Origin: Nitrospinaceae bacterium
Lineage (GTDB): Bacteria; Nitrospinota; Nitrospinia; Nitrospinales; Nitrospinaceae
Reading direction: 5' to 3'
Length of the DNA stretch: 64,000 nucleotides
Assembly: GCA_965223665.1 (NCBI GenBank)
Contig: OZ245011.1
Coordinates: forward strand, 384,001 to 448,000
Under the pieces are notes generated by a model. The model saw only the letters and a program-made list of their open reading frames with translations, did not search any database and was not told the DNA's origin. Numbering within the stretch: the stretch's first letter is position 1; every line of letters starts with the position of its first letter. Both the position numbers and the translations under genes were made by a program. Shown in pieces: positions 40,127-49,147 of the stretch.

Positions 40127-40686
40127 TACGTTTTATTTGGGTATTTACATTAATAGGATTCTTATGGGTATCTGGTTGTACCCCCTTAAACTATCGGCTG
40201 GTTGAACCGGAAAAACGCGTAGATTTATTTGATACTTATAGCGTAGATCCCCAAATTCCATGGAGCGGAAAAATTCTTAGAGATGGAATTCTCTGGACCA
40301 TTGATGGTGCCAACTTAGAACAGATCGTATTTTCTGAAGCAGTAGAAGATGGCGAATCATTTTTAAATGATGAAAAGGCACCAAAGTTTAATAAAGAGAT
40401 GAATGTAATCGAATTGTCAGAGATGCTGACAGATTCATTGAAAATTAAAAATTGGTTTGAAATAAAAACATCTAATTTAAAGCCTGCTGATTTGGGGCCA
40501 TTTAAAGGTTTTAGGTTTGACGTAAAAATGGTAAATGCAAATGGATTGCCCTATAATGGTTCCATTGCTGGTGCGATAATAAATGAAAAGTTGTATTTAA
40601 TTTATTATTTGGGAGTCAGTTTGCATTATTATCCAAAGTACATCAACCATTTTAATGGCATTCTGAATTCAATTCAGAAACTATAA
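40123..40686 (+). CDS. Lipoprotein of unknown function
   Basis: Lipobox VSGC; ATGA overlap with upstream gene; WTIDG motif. Confidence 0.78.
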   Translation: MIRFIWVFTLIGFLWVSGCTPLNYRLVEPEKRVDLFDTYSVDPQIPWSGKILRDGILWTIDGANLEQIVFSEAVEDGESFLNDEKAPKFNKEMNVIELSEMLTDSLKIKNWFEIKTSNLKPADLGPFKGFRFDVKMVNANGLPYNGSIAGAIINEKLYLIYYLGVSLHYYPKYINHFNGILNSIQKL

Positions 40687-40881
40687 AGCCTCTAAATTTT
40701 TATACACCCCTCTGCTTCCAATTACCTCCCAGGTTTTTCAAGAAAATCCATAGAAAATGCATATAATTATCCTCCTTAAAAAACTCCATATAATATGATA
40801 TTGTGTTTCATTCCTTAAAATTCGTAATTCAAGAATTGAATAATTTTTATGTCTCGAAATCTTTGAAAGTGAAGGAAGGGT

Positions 40882-41181
40882 ATGCCAAAAATCGAAATTC
40901 AAAGCTTTTTTTATGATTTAATTCATTGTAAAGATAAAATTTTGTCAACTTTTGATGAATTCGATGAAAAGTATGGTGAAGACGAACGCGGAGCCTTGGT
41001 TGCGGGTATTCGTGAACTAGGCGATGCGGATCTTGTTAATTTGTTAATTAACATTCAGCGTCTAGCCAGTGGTTATGAACAGATAAAAGAATTAATGGAC
41101 AACGCTGAAGAAGAAGAAATGAATGCCGCGTTAGAAGAATCAGATGAAGAGGAAGATGAGGATGACGATGATGAAATTTAA
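40882..41181 (+). CDS. Small acidic hypothetical protein
   Basis: 99 aa, purine-rich RBS, D/E-rich tail. Confidence 0.75.
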   Translation: MPKIEIQSFFYDLIHCKDKILSTFDEFDEKYGEDERGALVAGIRELGDADLVNLLINIQRLASGYEQIKELMDNAEEEEMNAALEESDEEEDEDDDDEI

Positions 41182-41213
41182 TTTTAAAACGCTGAAGCAA
41201 AGGAATAGTTAAA

Positions 41214-42071
41214 TTGATTTTCTTCAATAATTTGTCAATGAGTTTGGTCTTATTTTGTTTTTCAGTATTTATTTTTTCCTGTCAAAATAACTACTCATCA
41301 AATTCTTCCAAATTAAGTCCTTTTAAAATCTCACCTATGGACGGCAAAAAAATGGTTTTGATTCCAGAGGGTGAATTTATTATGGGTACGAATAAAATTG
41401 ATAAAGAAAACACTCATGTGAAAATTGGAACAGTTAAACCTTTATATTTAGATCAGCATCCAGAGAGAAAAATAAATTTAAAAGCCTTTTATATGGATCA
41501 GTATGAAGTTACCAATGCCGAATATGGTAGGTTTATTGAGGCCACTGAATTCAATGAATTGCCTGCACATTGGGAAAATGGAGTAATTCCCAATGGATTA
41601 GAAAATCACCCTGTAACCAATATTACCTGGAGAGAAGCTTTGGCATATTCTCTGTGGGCAGGAAAAATTTTACCCACTGAACAACAGTGGGAAAAAGCGG
41701 CAAGGGGATTGGATGGAAGGTTGTACCCGTGGGGAAATGATTACAAAAAGGGAATTGCTAATATTGGTTTAGATAGTATTCGCAAAACAGCCGCTGTTGG
41801 TAGTTTTCCTAAAGATATTAGTCCATATAATGTTTATGACTTGGCTGGAAATGTCATGGAATGGACTTTAAATTGGTATTTACCTTATCAGGGAAATGAC
41901 TATAAGAATTCTAAGTTCGGTAAAAAATTAAAAGTGCTTAGGGGGAACGGGTTTCAAAAAGGAGGGCATTACTTCTTGGATGCCTATCGGTATGCATTCT
42001 ATCGCACAGAAGTAGACCCTGATGAATATTTTGAGAATGTGGGTTTCCGATGTGTTCTTCCTTTAAATTAA
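41214..42071 (+). CDS. FGE-sulfatase domain lipoprotein
   Basis: Lipobox-like IFSC, DQYEVTN, LPTEQQWEKAARG, DLAGNVMEW, GFRC. Confidence 0.88.
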   Translation: MIFFNNLSMSLVLFCFSVFIFSCQNNYSSNSSKLSPFKISPMDGKKMVLIPEGEFIMGTNKIDKENTHVKIGTVKPLYLDQHPERKINLKAFYMDQYEVTNAEYGRFIEATEFNELPAHWENGVIPNGLENHPVTNITWREALAYSLWAGKILPTEQQWEKAARGLDGRLYPWGNDYKKGIANIGLDSIRKTAAVGSFPKDISPYNVYDLAGNVMEWTLNWYLPYQGNDYKNSKFGKKLKVLRGNGFQKGGHYFLDAYRYAFYRTEVDPDEYFENVGFRCVLPLN

Positions 42072-42076
42072 TTCCA

Positions 42077-42928
42077 TTATTCTAAAATGGTATTATCAAG
42101 TATGGCATCTTTAAGCAGTGCTTTTGCAATATTAGCATCTACTAAATAAGCGTCCTTAAGATTAGTTCCATTTAAATTGGTTCCATGTAGATTGGCCTCT
42201 AATAAAAATGAATTTGCAAGGTTTGCATTTTCCAGATTGGCGTAAGTGAGGTCGGCCCCTTCCAGGTTGGATTCTTCCATATCCACTCCTTTACAAAATG
42301 AATCCTTAAATTCAACTCCGATTAAATTGGCGTAGGACAACCGGACTGCTCTCAACGTGCAAGAATTAAAGTCAGAGTATTTTAGTATGGAGGAACGAAG
42401 GTCAACATCCGACAATTTGGAAAAGGAGAAATCTGAACCGCGGATATTGGCCCCATTCATGCGGGTGGAGAAAATTTCTGTAGATTTCGCAAAGCAATAC
42501 ATAAGATTTGAAAAAGAAAAGTCGCAATTTTGAATTTTTGAGGAAGTAATATTACTGTGGTCTAAACGTGCGGCGCGAAATTCACACCCTCGGAATTGAG
42601 CAGATGCAAAATTTGCATTTTCAATTTTGGCATTTTTAAAATTACAATTTACAAGGGTTGCATTCTGAAAATTGGATTCGCTTAAATTAGCACCACTAAA
42701 ATTAACATTTTTTACCCGGGCATTTTGAAACTTTACTTTGGTTAGGTTTGCTTGAGAAAAATTGAGATCAATTAAATCGGAACCATCAAATATTGCTCCA
42801 GACAGTGTTCCATAAATAAATGAAACTCCATTGAGACTAATTCCTTTTAAGTCATAAGAGCTTAGATTGGTTCCATCCTGGCATTCATTATTTAAAATGA
42901 GTGATAAAACTTCTTCGACGTTTGACAT
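42077..42928 (-). CDS. Pentapeptide repeat protein
   Basis: Near-continuous A(D/N)(L/F)xx repeats; ATG overlaps motA-like stop (TAATG). Confidence 0.92.
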   Translation of the reverse strand: MSNVEEVLSLILNNECQDGTNLSSYDLKGISLNGVSFIYGTLSGAIFDGSDLIDLNFSQANLTKVKFQNARVKNVNFSGANLSESNFQNATLVNCNFKNAKIENANFASAQFRGCEFRAARLDHSNITSSKIQNCDFSFSNLMYCFAKSTEIFSTRMNGANIRGSDFSFSKLSDVDLRSSILKYSDFNSCTLRAVRLSYANLIGVEFKDSFCKGVDMEESNLEGADLTYANLENANLANSFLLEANLHGTNLNGTNLKDAYLVDANIAKALLKDAILDNTILE

Positions 42929-43755
42929 TATTTTTGCTGATCTGGAGGAAGCAGAGAATTCATATTTCTTTTAATTTTTTGGGGATTGATTCTGTCATGA
43001 ATTCCCTGGATCCCTACTCTAATAACTTTAAATAATGTAGCTTCATTTTCAGTACGGTTGCTAAGCTTTGCCACAATTGGCGTGATGATTAAATTTGCGA
43101 TAATAATTCCATAAAAAGTAGTGATTAAAGCTGTAGCTAAGGAAGGTCCAATGGTTTCAGGGTTGTCAATATGCATCAGCATTTGTACCAAGCCAATAAG
43201 TGTGCCTGCCATACCAAAAACAGGAGCCTGGACGGCCATGAACCTTAATATTCGCTGACCCGCATTGTGTCGATCCAGCATTGCACTTAATTCTCGCTCC
43301 AATATTTCATGAATTTCTCTTAATCCATAACCATCCACAATCATAGCAATTCCTTTTTTGAGGAATCTATTTTCTAAGTACTGTTCTTCCGCTTCTAATT
43401 TTTTTAAACCCCCAGTCCTATATTTGTGGGAAAGGCTCATAATCTCTTCAATATAATCAGAGGGACGTAGAGTGTCTGGTTTGTAGGCATTTATTATTAC
43501 AGGGAATAATCCCAGAATTTTTTTAGAGGAAAAGGCAATGAAAGTTGTAGCCAAAGTTCCGCCTATCACAATAAGTATGGCATTTAGATTAAAAAAGGTA
43601 GAAGCATCTCCACCTCTAAAAATTGCCCAGACTAACAGGCTAATGCCCAAAACAGTACCTGCTAGGGTCATAGCATCAAATCGGCTTTCAGGGGAAGAAT
43701 CGATTTCTGTAGAAAAGTTATGAACGTTTTCAGCTTGTCTTAACGGAATTTCCAT
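42928..43755 (-). CDS. motA: MotA/PomA family stator A subunit
   Basis: IVIGGTL, YRTGGLKKLE, FLKKGIAMIVDG, APVFGMAGTLIGLVQML, ATALITTFYG. Confidence 0.88.
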   Translation of the reverse strand: MEIPLRQAENVHNFSTEIDSSPESRFDAMTLAGTVLGISLLVWAIFRGGDASTFFNLNAILIVIGGTLATTFIAFSSKKILGLFPVIINAYKPDTLRPSDYIEEIMSLSHKYRTGGLKKLEAEEQYLENRFLKKGIAMIVDGYGLREIHEILERELSAMLDRHNAGQRILRFMAVQAPVFGMAGTLIGLVQMLMHIDNPETIGPSLATALITTFYGIIIANLIITPIVAKLSNRTENEATLFKVIRVGIQGIHDRINPQKIKRNMNSLLPPDQQK

Positions 43756-43756
43756 T

Positions 43757-45835
43757 CTAAATACTGATTAGTTTATTAGTATCTAAAGTCCTGGCTATTA
43801 GAGATTTATGTATATAACTGGGAACCCAGGCAAGGCTCTCTAAATCTAATCGGCTTCCGGGAATAAAAACCTTAAAAAATTCCGGATGATCCTCGCTGAA
43901 CGATAAAATTTGAGGTTGGAGTTCTGATAAACAACGGGAAAGACACATTAATCCAGAAAAAGTTTTACAAAAAAGTTCTCCCCATGAAGTCAAGTATATG
44001 GCTATGACACTACGCACTCTTTCAAGTCTCTTTTGGACAAACTGGGTATATTCCTCTAAAGTTCTACATTCCTTTATATTTCCAATTGTGACTTCTTTAG
44101 GGACGGGATTTCCGAAATCAATGATTAAATATAATTGCTTTACATAAGAATCATTCAGGAGCTCTTTATTGGAAATTTCTGCGACATTGGTTAAAGATAA
44201 AAATCCGGAAAGATCTTCGAGTAGTTTTCGTAGATCATTATCCTTAATTGAATGATCTTCCGATCGAAGTAACAAAAAGGTTTCCTCAGAATAAAGTCGA
44301 TTAAAGCAAGTAAACGCTATTAGAAATTGGAGTGTGGATGCTTTTTTAATGATTTTTGCTTTCGGAATTTGCTCAATAAAATCTAATGTTTTCCCGCGTA
44401 TAAGAAACCACTCACCCGGGTCCCGGGGTTGTGTTTTATGGTGAAGAAAGGTCAATTCCTTTTCACTAGTTTTACCGTCGACCAAGGCAAATAAGTTTTC
44501 GACTTTATTAACTGTTTTCCGATAGAAACTGAATAATTTTCTGCCGAGTAAATGCGTGTCTTTCTCAGTAATTAAACTTTCTCCCGGCGCTAATTTTTGA
44601 TTGGCTTCAGAAATATTTTTATATGAATTCATTAAAATTTTATTGACACGATTTCCCAACGCTACCTTTTCCATCATTTGCCAATTAAAATAATCATTTA
44701 AATAATCAGCTTTGGCCCGAGGCCAATTCCATGAATTTATTAAGTCAATTAATATGACTTTTTTGGGTTGTGAACTTCCATATTTTAATTCGTCAACTGT
44801 AAGTTTTTTTCCTACTTTTAAATAAAATGCGGTTCGTAATACTTCCAATTCGTCACTAGTTTTGTTGTTTTTAAAGAAATTTTCTACTCTTTCAAATAAA
44901 TTAATATAAGGATCGATTTGATCAAATGGAATGCCGCTATAAACTTTACTTTTAATTTCGTGGCAAAGTAAATTACTGGTTGTAGTATTAAACATATATT
45001 CTTCTAATAAAGCCATTTTGATGAGGGTCTTGAAGGGAGCCTTAAACGATTTAATTAATGCCCAAATGGAACCTCCGAAAAATTCACCTTGGGATATATC
45101 ATCTACATTTCCAATATCTAGAAAATCATTACTATTTAAAAGAGTCTGGTGTGTGTTAACCATTTGGTAAAGCTGCTCATACTGTTTGTCATCGGTTTTT
45201 AAAGGGACGACCCACCAAAAGGGGATTTTCCCAGCAGTGATGACGGCGGTTCTATACATTTCTTCTTTTAGCAATTTCGCTTGTGCCGATCCGGTACTTT
45301 CAGAGTCGCTTTCTCCAAAAATATTTTCCTTCACCTCATTAATATCATTACTAAAAAAGTGTATTTCCAATCCATAGGTTTTCCATGCCCATTCTTCAAT
45401 TATTTTTAATTTAAGATTAAAAAGGTCTAGATTTTCAGGAGACACACTATATTTGTTTATAAAAACTGTAAAATCTAAATCAGATTTTACGTTTTGAGCA
45501 ATGGAACCGGCACTCCCCATTAATAAAATACATTCAATAAAAGGATTCAGGTTTTCATTGGGCTGTGAATGAATATCAGGGAAGAGACTTTCTTGAGCAA
45601 AACGGCATTCATAACTTAATTTGAACCCTTGAATTCCACAGGGGACTTGATCAGTTATGAATCCGGGCAGACCTTTTTGATTTATATGTAATAATCGGGG
45701 AATTAAAGTGAAAACCTTCCGGTCTTCAGGGTTGAGGTTGCTAAAGATTTCATTTATTCGGTGCTGATTGTATCGCAGGAAAATTTGCCTATTATGGAAA
45801 AGTTCATTTGAAATGCTCTGTCCATTTGTTGTCAT
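43757..45835 (-). CDS. cyaA: Class I adenylate cyclase
   Basis: MGSAGSIAQNVKSDLD (nucleotidyltransferase DxD), EIHFF, ESTGSAQAKLLKEEMYRT, AGKIPFWW, KSFKAPFKTLIK, DPY, FYLK. Confidence 0.87.
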   Translation of the reverse strand: MTTNGQSISNELFHNRQIFLRYNQHRINEIFSNLNPEDRKVFTLIPRLLHINQKGLPGFITDQVPCGIQGFKLSYECRFAQESLFPDIHSQPNENLNPFIECILLMGSAGSIAQNVKSDLDFTVFINKYSVSPENLDLFNLKLKIIEEWAWKTYGLEIHFFSNDINEVKENIFGESDSESTGSAQAKLLKEEMYRTAVITAGKIPFWWVVPLKTDDKQYEQLYQMVNTHQTLLNSNDFLDIGNVDDISQGEFFGGSIWALIKSFKAPFKTLIKMALLEEYMFNTTTSNLLCHEIKSKVYSGIPFDQIDPYINLFERVENFFKNNKTSDELEVLRTAFYLKVGKKLTVDELKYGSSQPKKVILIDLINSWNWPRAKADYLNDYFNWQMMEKVALGNRVNKILMNSYKNISEANQKLAPGESLITEKDTHLLGRKLFSFYRKTVNKVENLFALVDGKTSEKELTFLHHKTQPRDPGEWFLIRGKTLDFIEQIPKAKIIKKASTLQFLIAFTCFNRLYSEETFLLLRSEDHSIKDNDLRKLLEDLSGFLSLTNVAEISNKELLNDSYVKQLYLIIDFGNPVPKEVTIGNIKECRTLEEYTQFVQKRLERVRSVIAIYLTSWGELFCKTFSGLMCLSRCLSELQPQILSFSEDHPEFFKVFIPGSRLDLESLAWVPSYIHKSLIARTLDTNKLISI

Positions 45836-45919
45836 AAAAGAAAATTGTGTTTAGCTATGTATTTTGGTTATTAATTAATTATAAAACTATATTTTGAATA
45901 AAATTCATTCCTGGAGCGA

Positions 45920-45946
45920 TTATCGGATTTATTTCTTCTAACTTAG
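45920..45946 (-). promoter_or_regulatory. Possible sigma28-type promoter upstream of cyaA
   Basis: Minus strand CTAAGTTA-N11-TCCGATAA versus consensus TAAAGTTT-N11-GCCGATAA. Confidence 0.4.
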
Positions 45947-47475
45947 GGATTTAAAAGAACTTTGAAATTTTTCCCAGGCTGGTTTAGGGAGATTTTTTTA
46001 GTAGCAATTTCATCATCTAGTACATCCTTATCCTTTAAAATTTTGATTTCTACCCTTCGATTTAGAGCTCGGTTTTTATCGTTTGAATTGGGTTTTTGCG
46101 GCCTATATTTTCCAAAGCCTTTTACAACTATTCTATTTGGAGGAAAATTTAAGGATTCAGTTATAAATCTTGCAACTCTTGAGGCACGGGCTGTAGATAA
46201 TTCCCAGTTTGAGGGGAACTTTTCATTATGAATGGGAACATCATCAGTATGACCTTCTACATATATTTGTTTTACACCTTCTTTTAAATAATCATTCAAG
46301 GCTTGCTTTAAAAAGTCTCTTGCTTTGGGAAGCAGATCCGAATCTCCAGGAGAAAATAAATTATTACTTTGTAATCGAACAGAAAGAGTTTTAACATCGC
46401 TACGGATCAGGCTTTCGGGATCTACATTATCTTGAACTAATTCCTTAACCCTATTGAGCATAGTCACTTCTTGTTGGCTTAAATGTATATTGTCGTCATC
46501 CCAACGAAATTCTTTTTCTTGAAATGACGAGAATGCTTCTGCAAATCTATTTTGATCCACTTTAGAAATTGTAAATAGTAAAACAAAAATTACTAAAATT
46601 AATGTGATCATGTCACTATAAGTAACCAAAAAACTTTCAAGCCCTGAGGAAAACTCCGTTGAACCTTTAGCCCTACTGTCAATTTGAATATTGTTTTCAA
46701 AACGATCGATGTCTTTCTTTTCCTGTTCTTCAATGGCTTTTCTTTCTATATCTGAGATATATTCTTGCTGCTGTTCTAATTTTTCATTTAATTCATTGTT
46801 TTCATCAATTAGTTCACTAAGTTGATTTTTTAAATCATAACCGTATTCTGAAGATAAGAGACCTTTTTCCATGGATTGGGCTGATTCTTTGTAAAATTTC
46901 TCATAGTGTTCAATTAATTTTTCTTTTTCTTTTAATCGCTCTTGTAAATCCTCATTGGTTAAGGTAGGGCGTTTTTTTAGCTCGGTTTTTAATCTAATTA
47001 TTTGTTGATTTAAATCATCAATTGAGTTTATTTTTTCACGAAATCGGCGTAATTCTCTAAGTAGGTAAGATTTTTCCCGGTTACTTTTGTCCAAGGCTTT
47101 TTGTTCCTTAACAAGTCTTTTCCTTATGGCCTTTTCTTTTATGGTTAGCTCATCCAGTTTTTGTTTCCATTCATTTTTTAGATCCGGTACATTGACTCCA
47201 AAATCAGGCTTTCGAGTTTCTTTGTTTTCTTGGGAAGAACTTTGTTTAACTGTTATATGCCGTGATATCCTAGCAACCGAAGCCATTTGCTTGGCTTCTT
47301 GTATTTCCTTATCCTTCTGCTTTAACAGCAGATGCAGTTCGCGAATTTTATCTTTGTTGAGCTGAGTAACCTGAGAAACTTTGCGGTGCAATCTTGAGGC
47401 TTCTCTTTCCTGTTTTTTAAGCTCACTGCTTTTTATTTTTAACTGTTCTTTTACTGTTTGGAGAGAATGATTCAT
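45943..47475 (-). CDS. motB: MotB/MotS-like stator B subunit with long N-terminal coiled coil
   Basis: FLVTYSDMITLILVIFVLLF TM with conserved Asp; OmpA domain VEGHTDDVPI, SNWELSTARA, NRRVEI; aa 1-~270 heptad K/E/L/Q-rich. Confidence 0.88.
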   Translation of the reverse strand: MNHSLQTVKEQLKIKSSELKKQEREASRLHRKVSQVTQLNKDKIRELHLLLKQKDKEIQEAKQMASVARISRHITVKQSSSQENKETRKPDFGVNVPDLKNEWKQKLDELTIKEKAIRKRLVKEQKALDKSNREKSYLLRELRRFREKINSIDDLNQQIIRLKTELKKRPTLTNEDLQERLKEKEKLIEHYEKFYKESAQSMEKGLLSSEYGYDLKNQLSELIDENNELNEKLEQQQEYISDIERKAIEEQEKKDIDRFENNIQIDSRAKGSTEFSSGLESFLVTYSDMITLILVIFVLLFTISKVDQNRFAEAFSSFQEKEFRWDDDNIHLSQQEVTMLNRVKELVQDNVDPESLIRSDVKTLSVRLQSNNLFSPGDSDLLPKARDFLKQALNDYLKEGVKQIYVEGHTDDVPIHNEKFPSNWELSTARASRVARFITESLNFPPNRIVVKGFGKYRPQKPNSNDKNRALNRRVEIKILKDKDVLDDEIATKKISLNQPGKNFKVLLNP

Positions 47476-47500
47476 AGTATTGTCTATTTCTAGTAGTATC

Positions 47501-47508
47501 TTATCGGA
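47501..47508 (-). promoter_or_regulatory. Possible sigma28 -10 element upstream of motB
   Basis: TCCGATAA on the minus strand 25 bp before the ATG; -35 match is poor. Confidence 0.3.
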
Positions 47509-47680
47509 ATTTAAGCGAAAATAAGTAATAACAAAGTTGGTCTCTTTGCTGAGCCCTTTGAATAGTTTTCCACGCTTTATTTAATAAACCACAGGCTTTC
47601 CTTACCCAAATCTCCCTGGATCTATTAGGGAATTGGTGAATTTTCAATCATTTTGCACACGATTCATTTTCAACTTCCTA

Positions 47681-49147
47681 ATGGAAAAAAAATCTAATTT
47701 ATTAAAATCAAAACTATTTTGGGTAGGAATTTTATATTTTGCCGAGGGATTTCCCTTAGGAGTTTTTTATGATGTATTTCCAGTCCATTTTAGAAAACAA
47801 GGGGTCGATCTTTGGCAAATAGGATTTATGAGTCTCCTGGGATTGGCTTGGACGTTGAAATTTCTTTGGGCTCCTGCAGTGGATTATTATCGCCAGCACA
47901 GAAAATGGATTTTCTTAATGGATTCATTGATGGCTTTTATCATGATTGTATTTGCCATTTATGTGGATTTTGGACCTTGGGTTTGGTTTGCCATTGGTTT
48001 GTTTACTATTTTTTCAGCGACCAGTGATATTGCGATTGATGGGTACACGATAGAAATGTTGGAAAAAAATGAGCTAGGGATAGCAAATGGGATTAGAAAC
48101 GGAATGTATCGTGTGGGAATGTTGGCATCGGGATTTATTTTAATTTTAAGTGACTGGTTATCCTGGAGTGCAACTTATGCTGCTGGAGGTTTGATTCTTG
48201 GATTATGCGCAATTGTGGTTTTAATGGCTCCTAAAGAAAAAATCTTAAACTCAAAATCAAACAGGTCTCTCATTTCAGAATTTTCACTTCTAATTAAACA
48301 TCCACTTGCCACTACAGGTGTATATTTGTTTTTGCTGGGTTGCGCACGATTAATTGATATGAAAATTCACTTTTCTAAGGATCAAAATTACATTTGGCCA
48401 TCCCTACTGCTGTCTGTAGTAATCGTGTATTTAATCAGTTTTGTTTTTGCTAATAATTCAAAGTCTTCAAATAAAACATTACGGGATGAACTAAATGAAG
48501 GACCTATGTTTGGTGCTCTTTTTGAGTTGTTGCAGAGACCTCTAATTATTCCAATAATAATCTTTATATTGATTTATAAATTAGCAGATACCTCCATGGG
48601 CTTTATGGTAAAGCCGTTTTGGGTGGATAAGGGATTTACTTCAACCGAAATTGGTCTGGTATCAGTTAATATAGGCTTGGGATTATCAATTGCTGGTGGC
48701 TTAGTGGGGGGATGGTTTACTGACCGTTTTGGAATTTTTAAAGGAATTTGGGTTTTAGGGTTATTACAAGCATTATCCAATCTGGGTTATGCCTGGGTAG
48801 CCTGGATTATTCCGGATCCCGTCGAGGGGATTCCCATGGCTTTAAATTATAAAATTTGGATGTATGGGGCCAGTGTGGTTGAGTCATTTACTGGGGGTTT
48901 AGGTTCCGCAGCTTTTCTAGCATTTCTTATGGCCATTGTAAATAAGAAACGAACAGCTTCTGAGTATGCACTGCTGTCTTCAATTTTTGCTTTAAGCCGA
49001 TCTGTAGCCGGTTGGGCAGGAGGTTTTGGAGCAGAGGCAATGGGTTATTCTTCTTACTTCACTTTGACGTTTTTTTTAGCTTTTCCTGCTTATTTTCTTC
49101 TTCCCTGGGTTAGAAAAATGCTTGATTACACTAAAGATTGGAAATAA
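47681..49147 (+). CDS. ampG: AmpG-family MFS muropeptide permease
   Basis: YFAEGFP, WTLKFLWAP.VD, SATSDIAIDGY, YKLAD, YALLSS. Confidence 0.85.
   Translation: MEKKSNLLKSKLFWVGILYFAEGFPLGVFYDVFPVHFRKQGVDLWQIGFMSLLGLAWTLKFLWAPAVDYYRQHRKWIFLMDSLMAFIMIVFAIYVDFGPWVWFAIGLFTIFSATSDIAIDGYTIEMLEKNELGIANGIRNGMYRVGMLASGFILILSDWLSWSATYAAGGLILGLCAIVVLMAPKEKILNSKSNRSLISEFSLLIKHPLATTGVYLFLLGCARLIDMKIHFSKDQNYIWPSLLLSVVIVYLISFVFANNSKSSNKTLRDELNEGPMFGALFELLQRPLIIPIIIFILIYKLADTSMGFMVKPFWVDKGFTSTEIGLVSVNIGLGLSIAGGLVGGWFTDRFGIFKGIWVLGLLQALSNLGYAWVAWIIPDPVEGIPMALNYKIWMYGASVVESFTGGLGSAAFLAFLMAIVNKKRTASEYALLSSIFALSRSVAGWAGGFGAEAMGYSSYFTLTFFLAFPAYFLLPWVRKMLDYTKDWK

Noticed and set aside
42928-47475. Calling the locus a canonical Zorya system
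   Set aside because: The A subunit is normal length with no long tail, no ZorC/D/E-like helicase or nuclease is present, and the sequences look closer to flagellar-type stators; only the analogy is kept.
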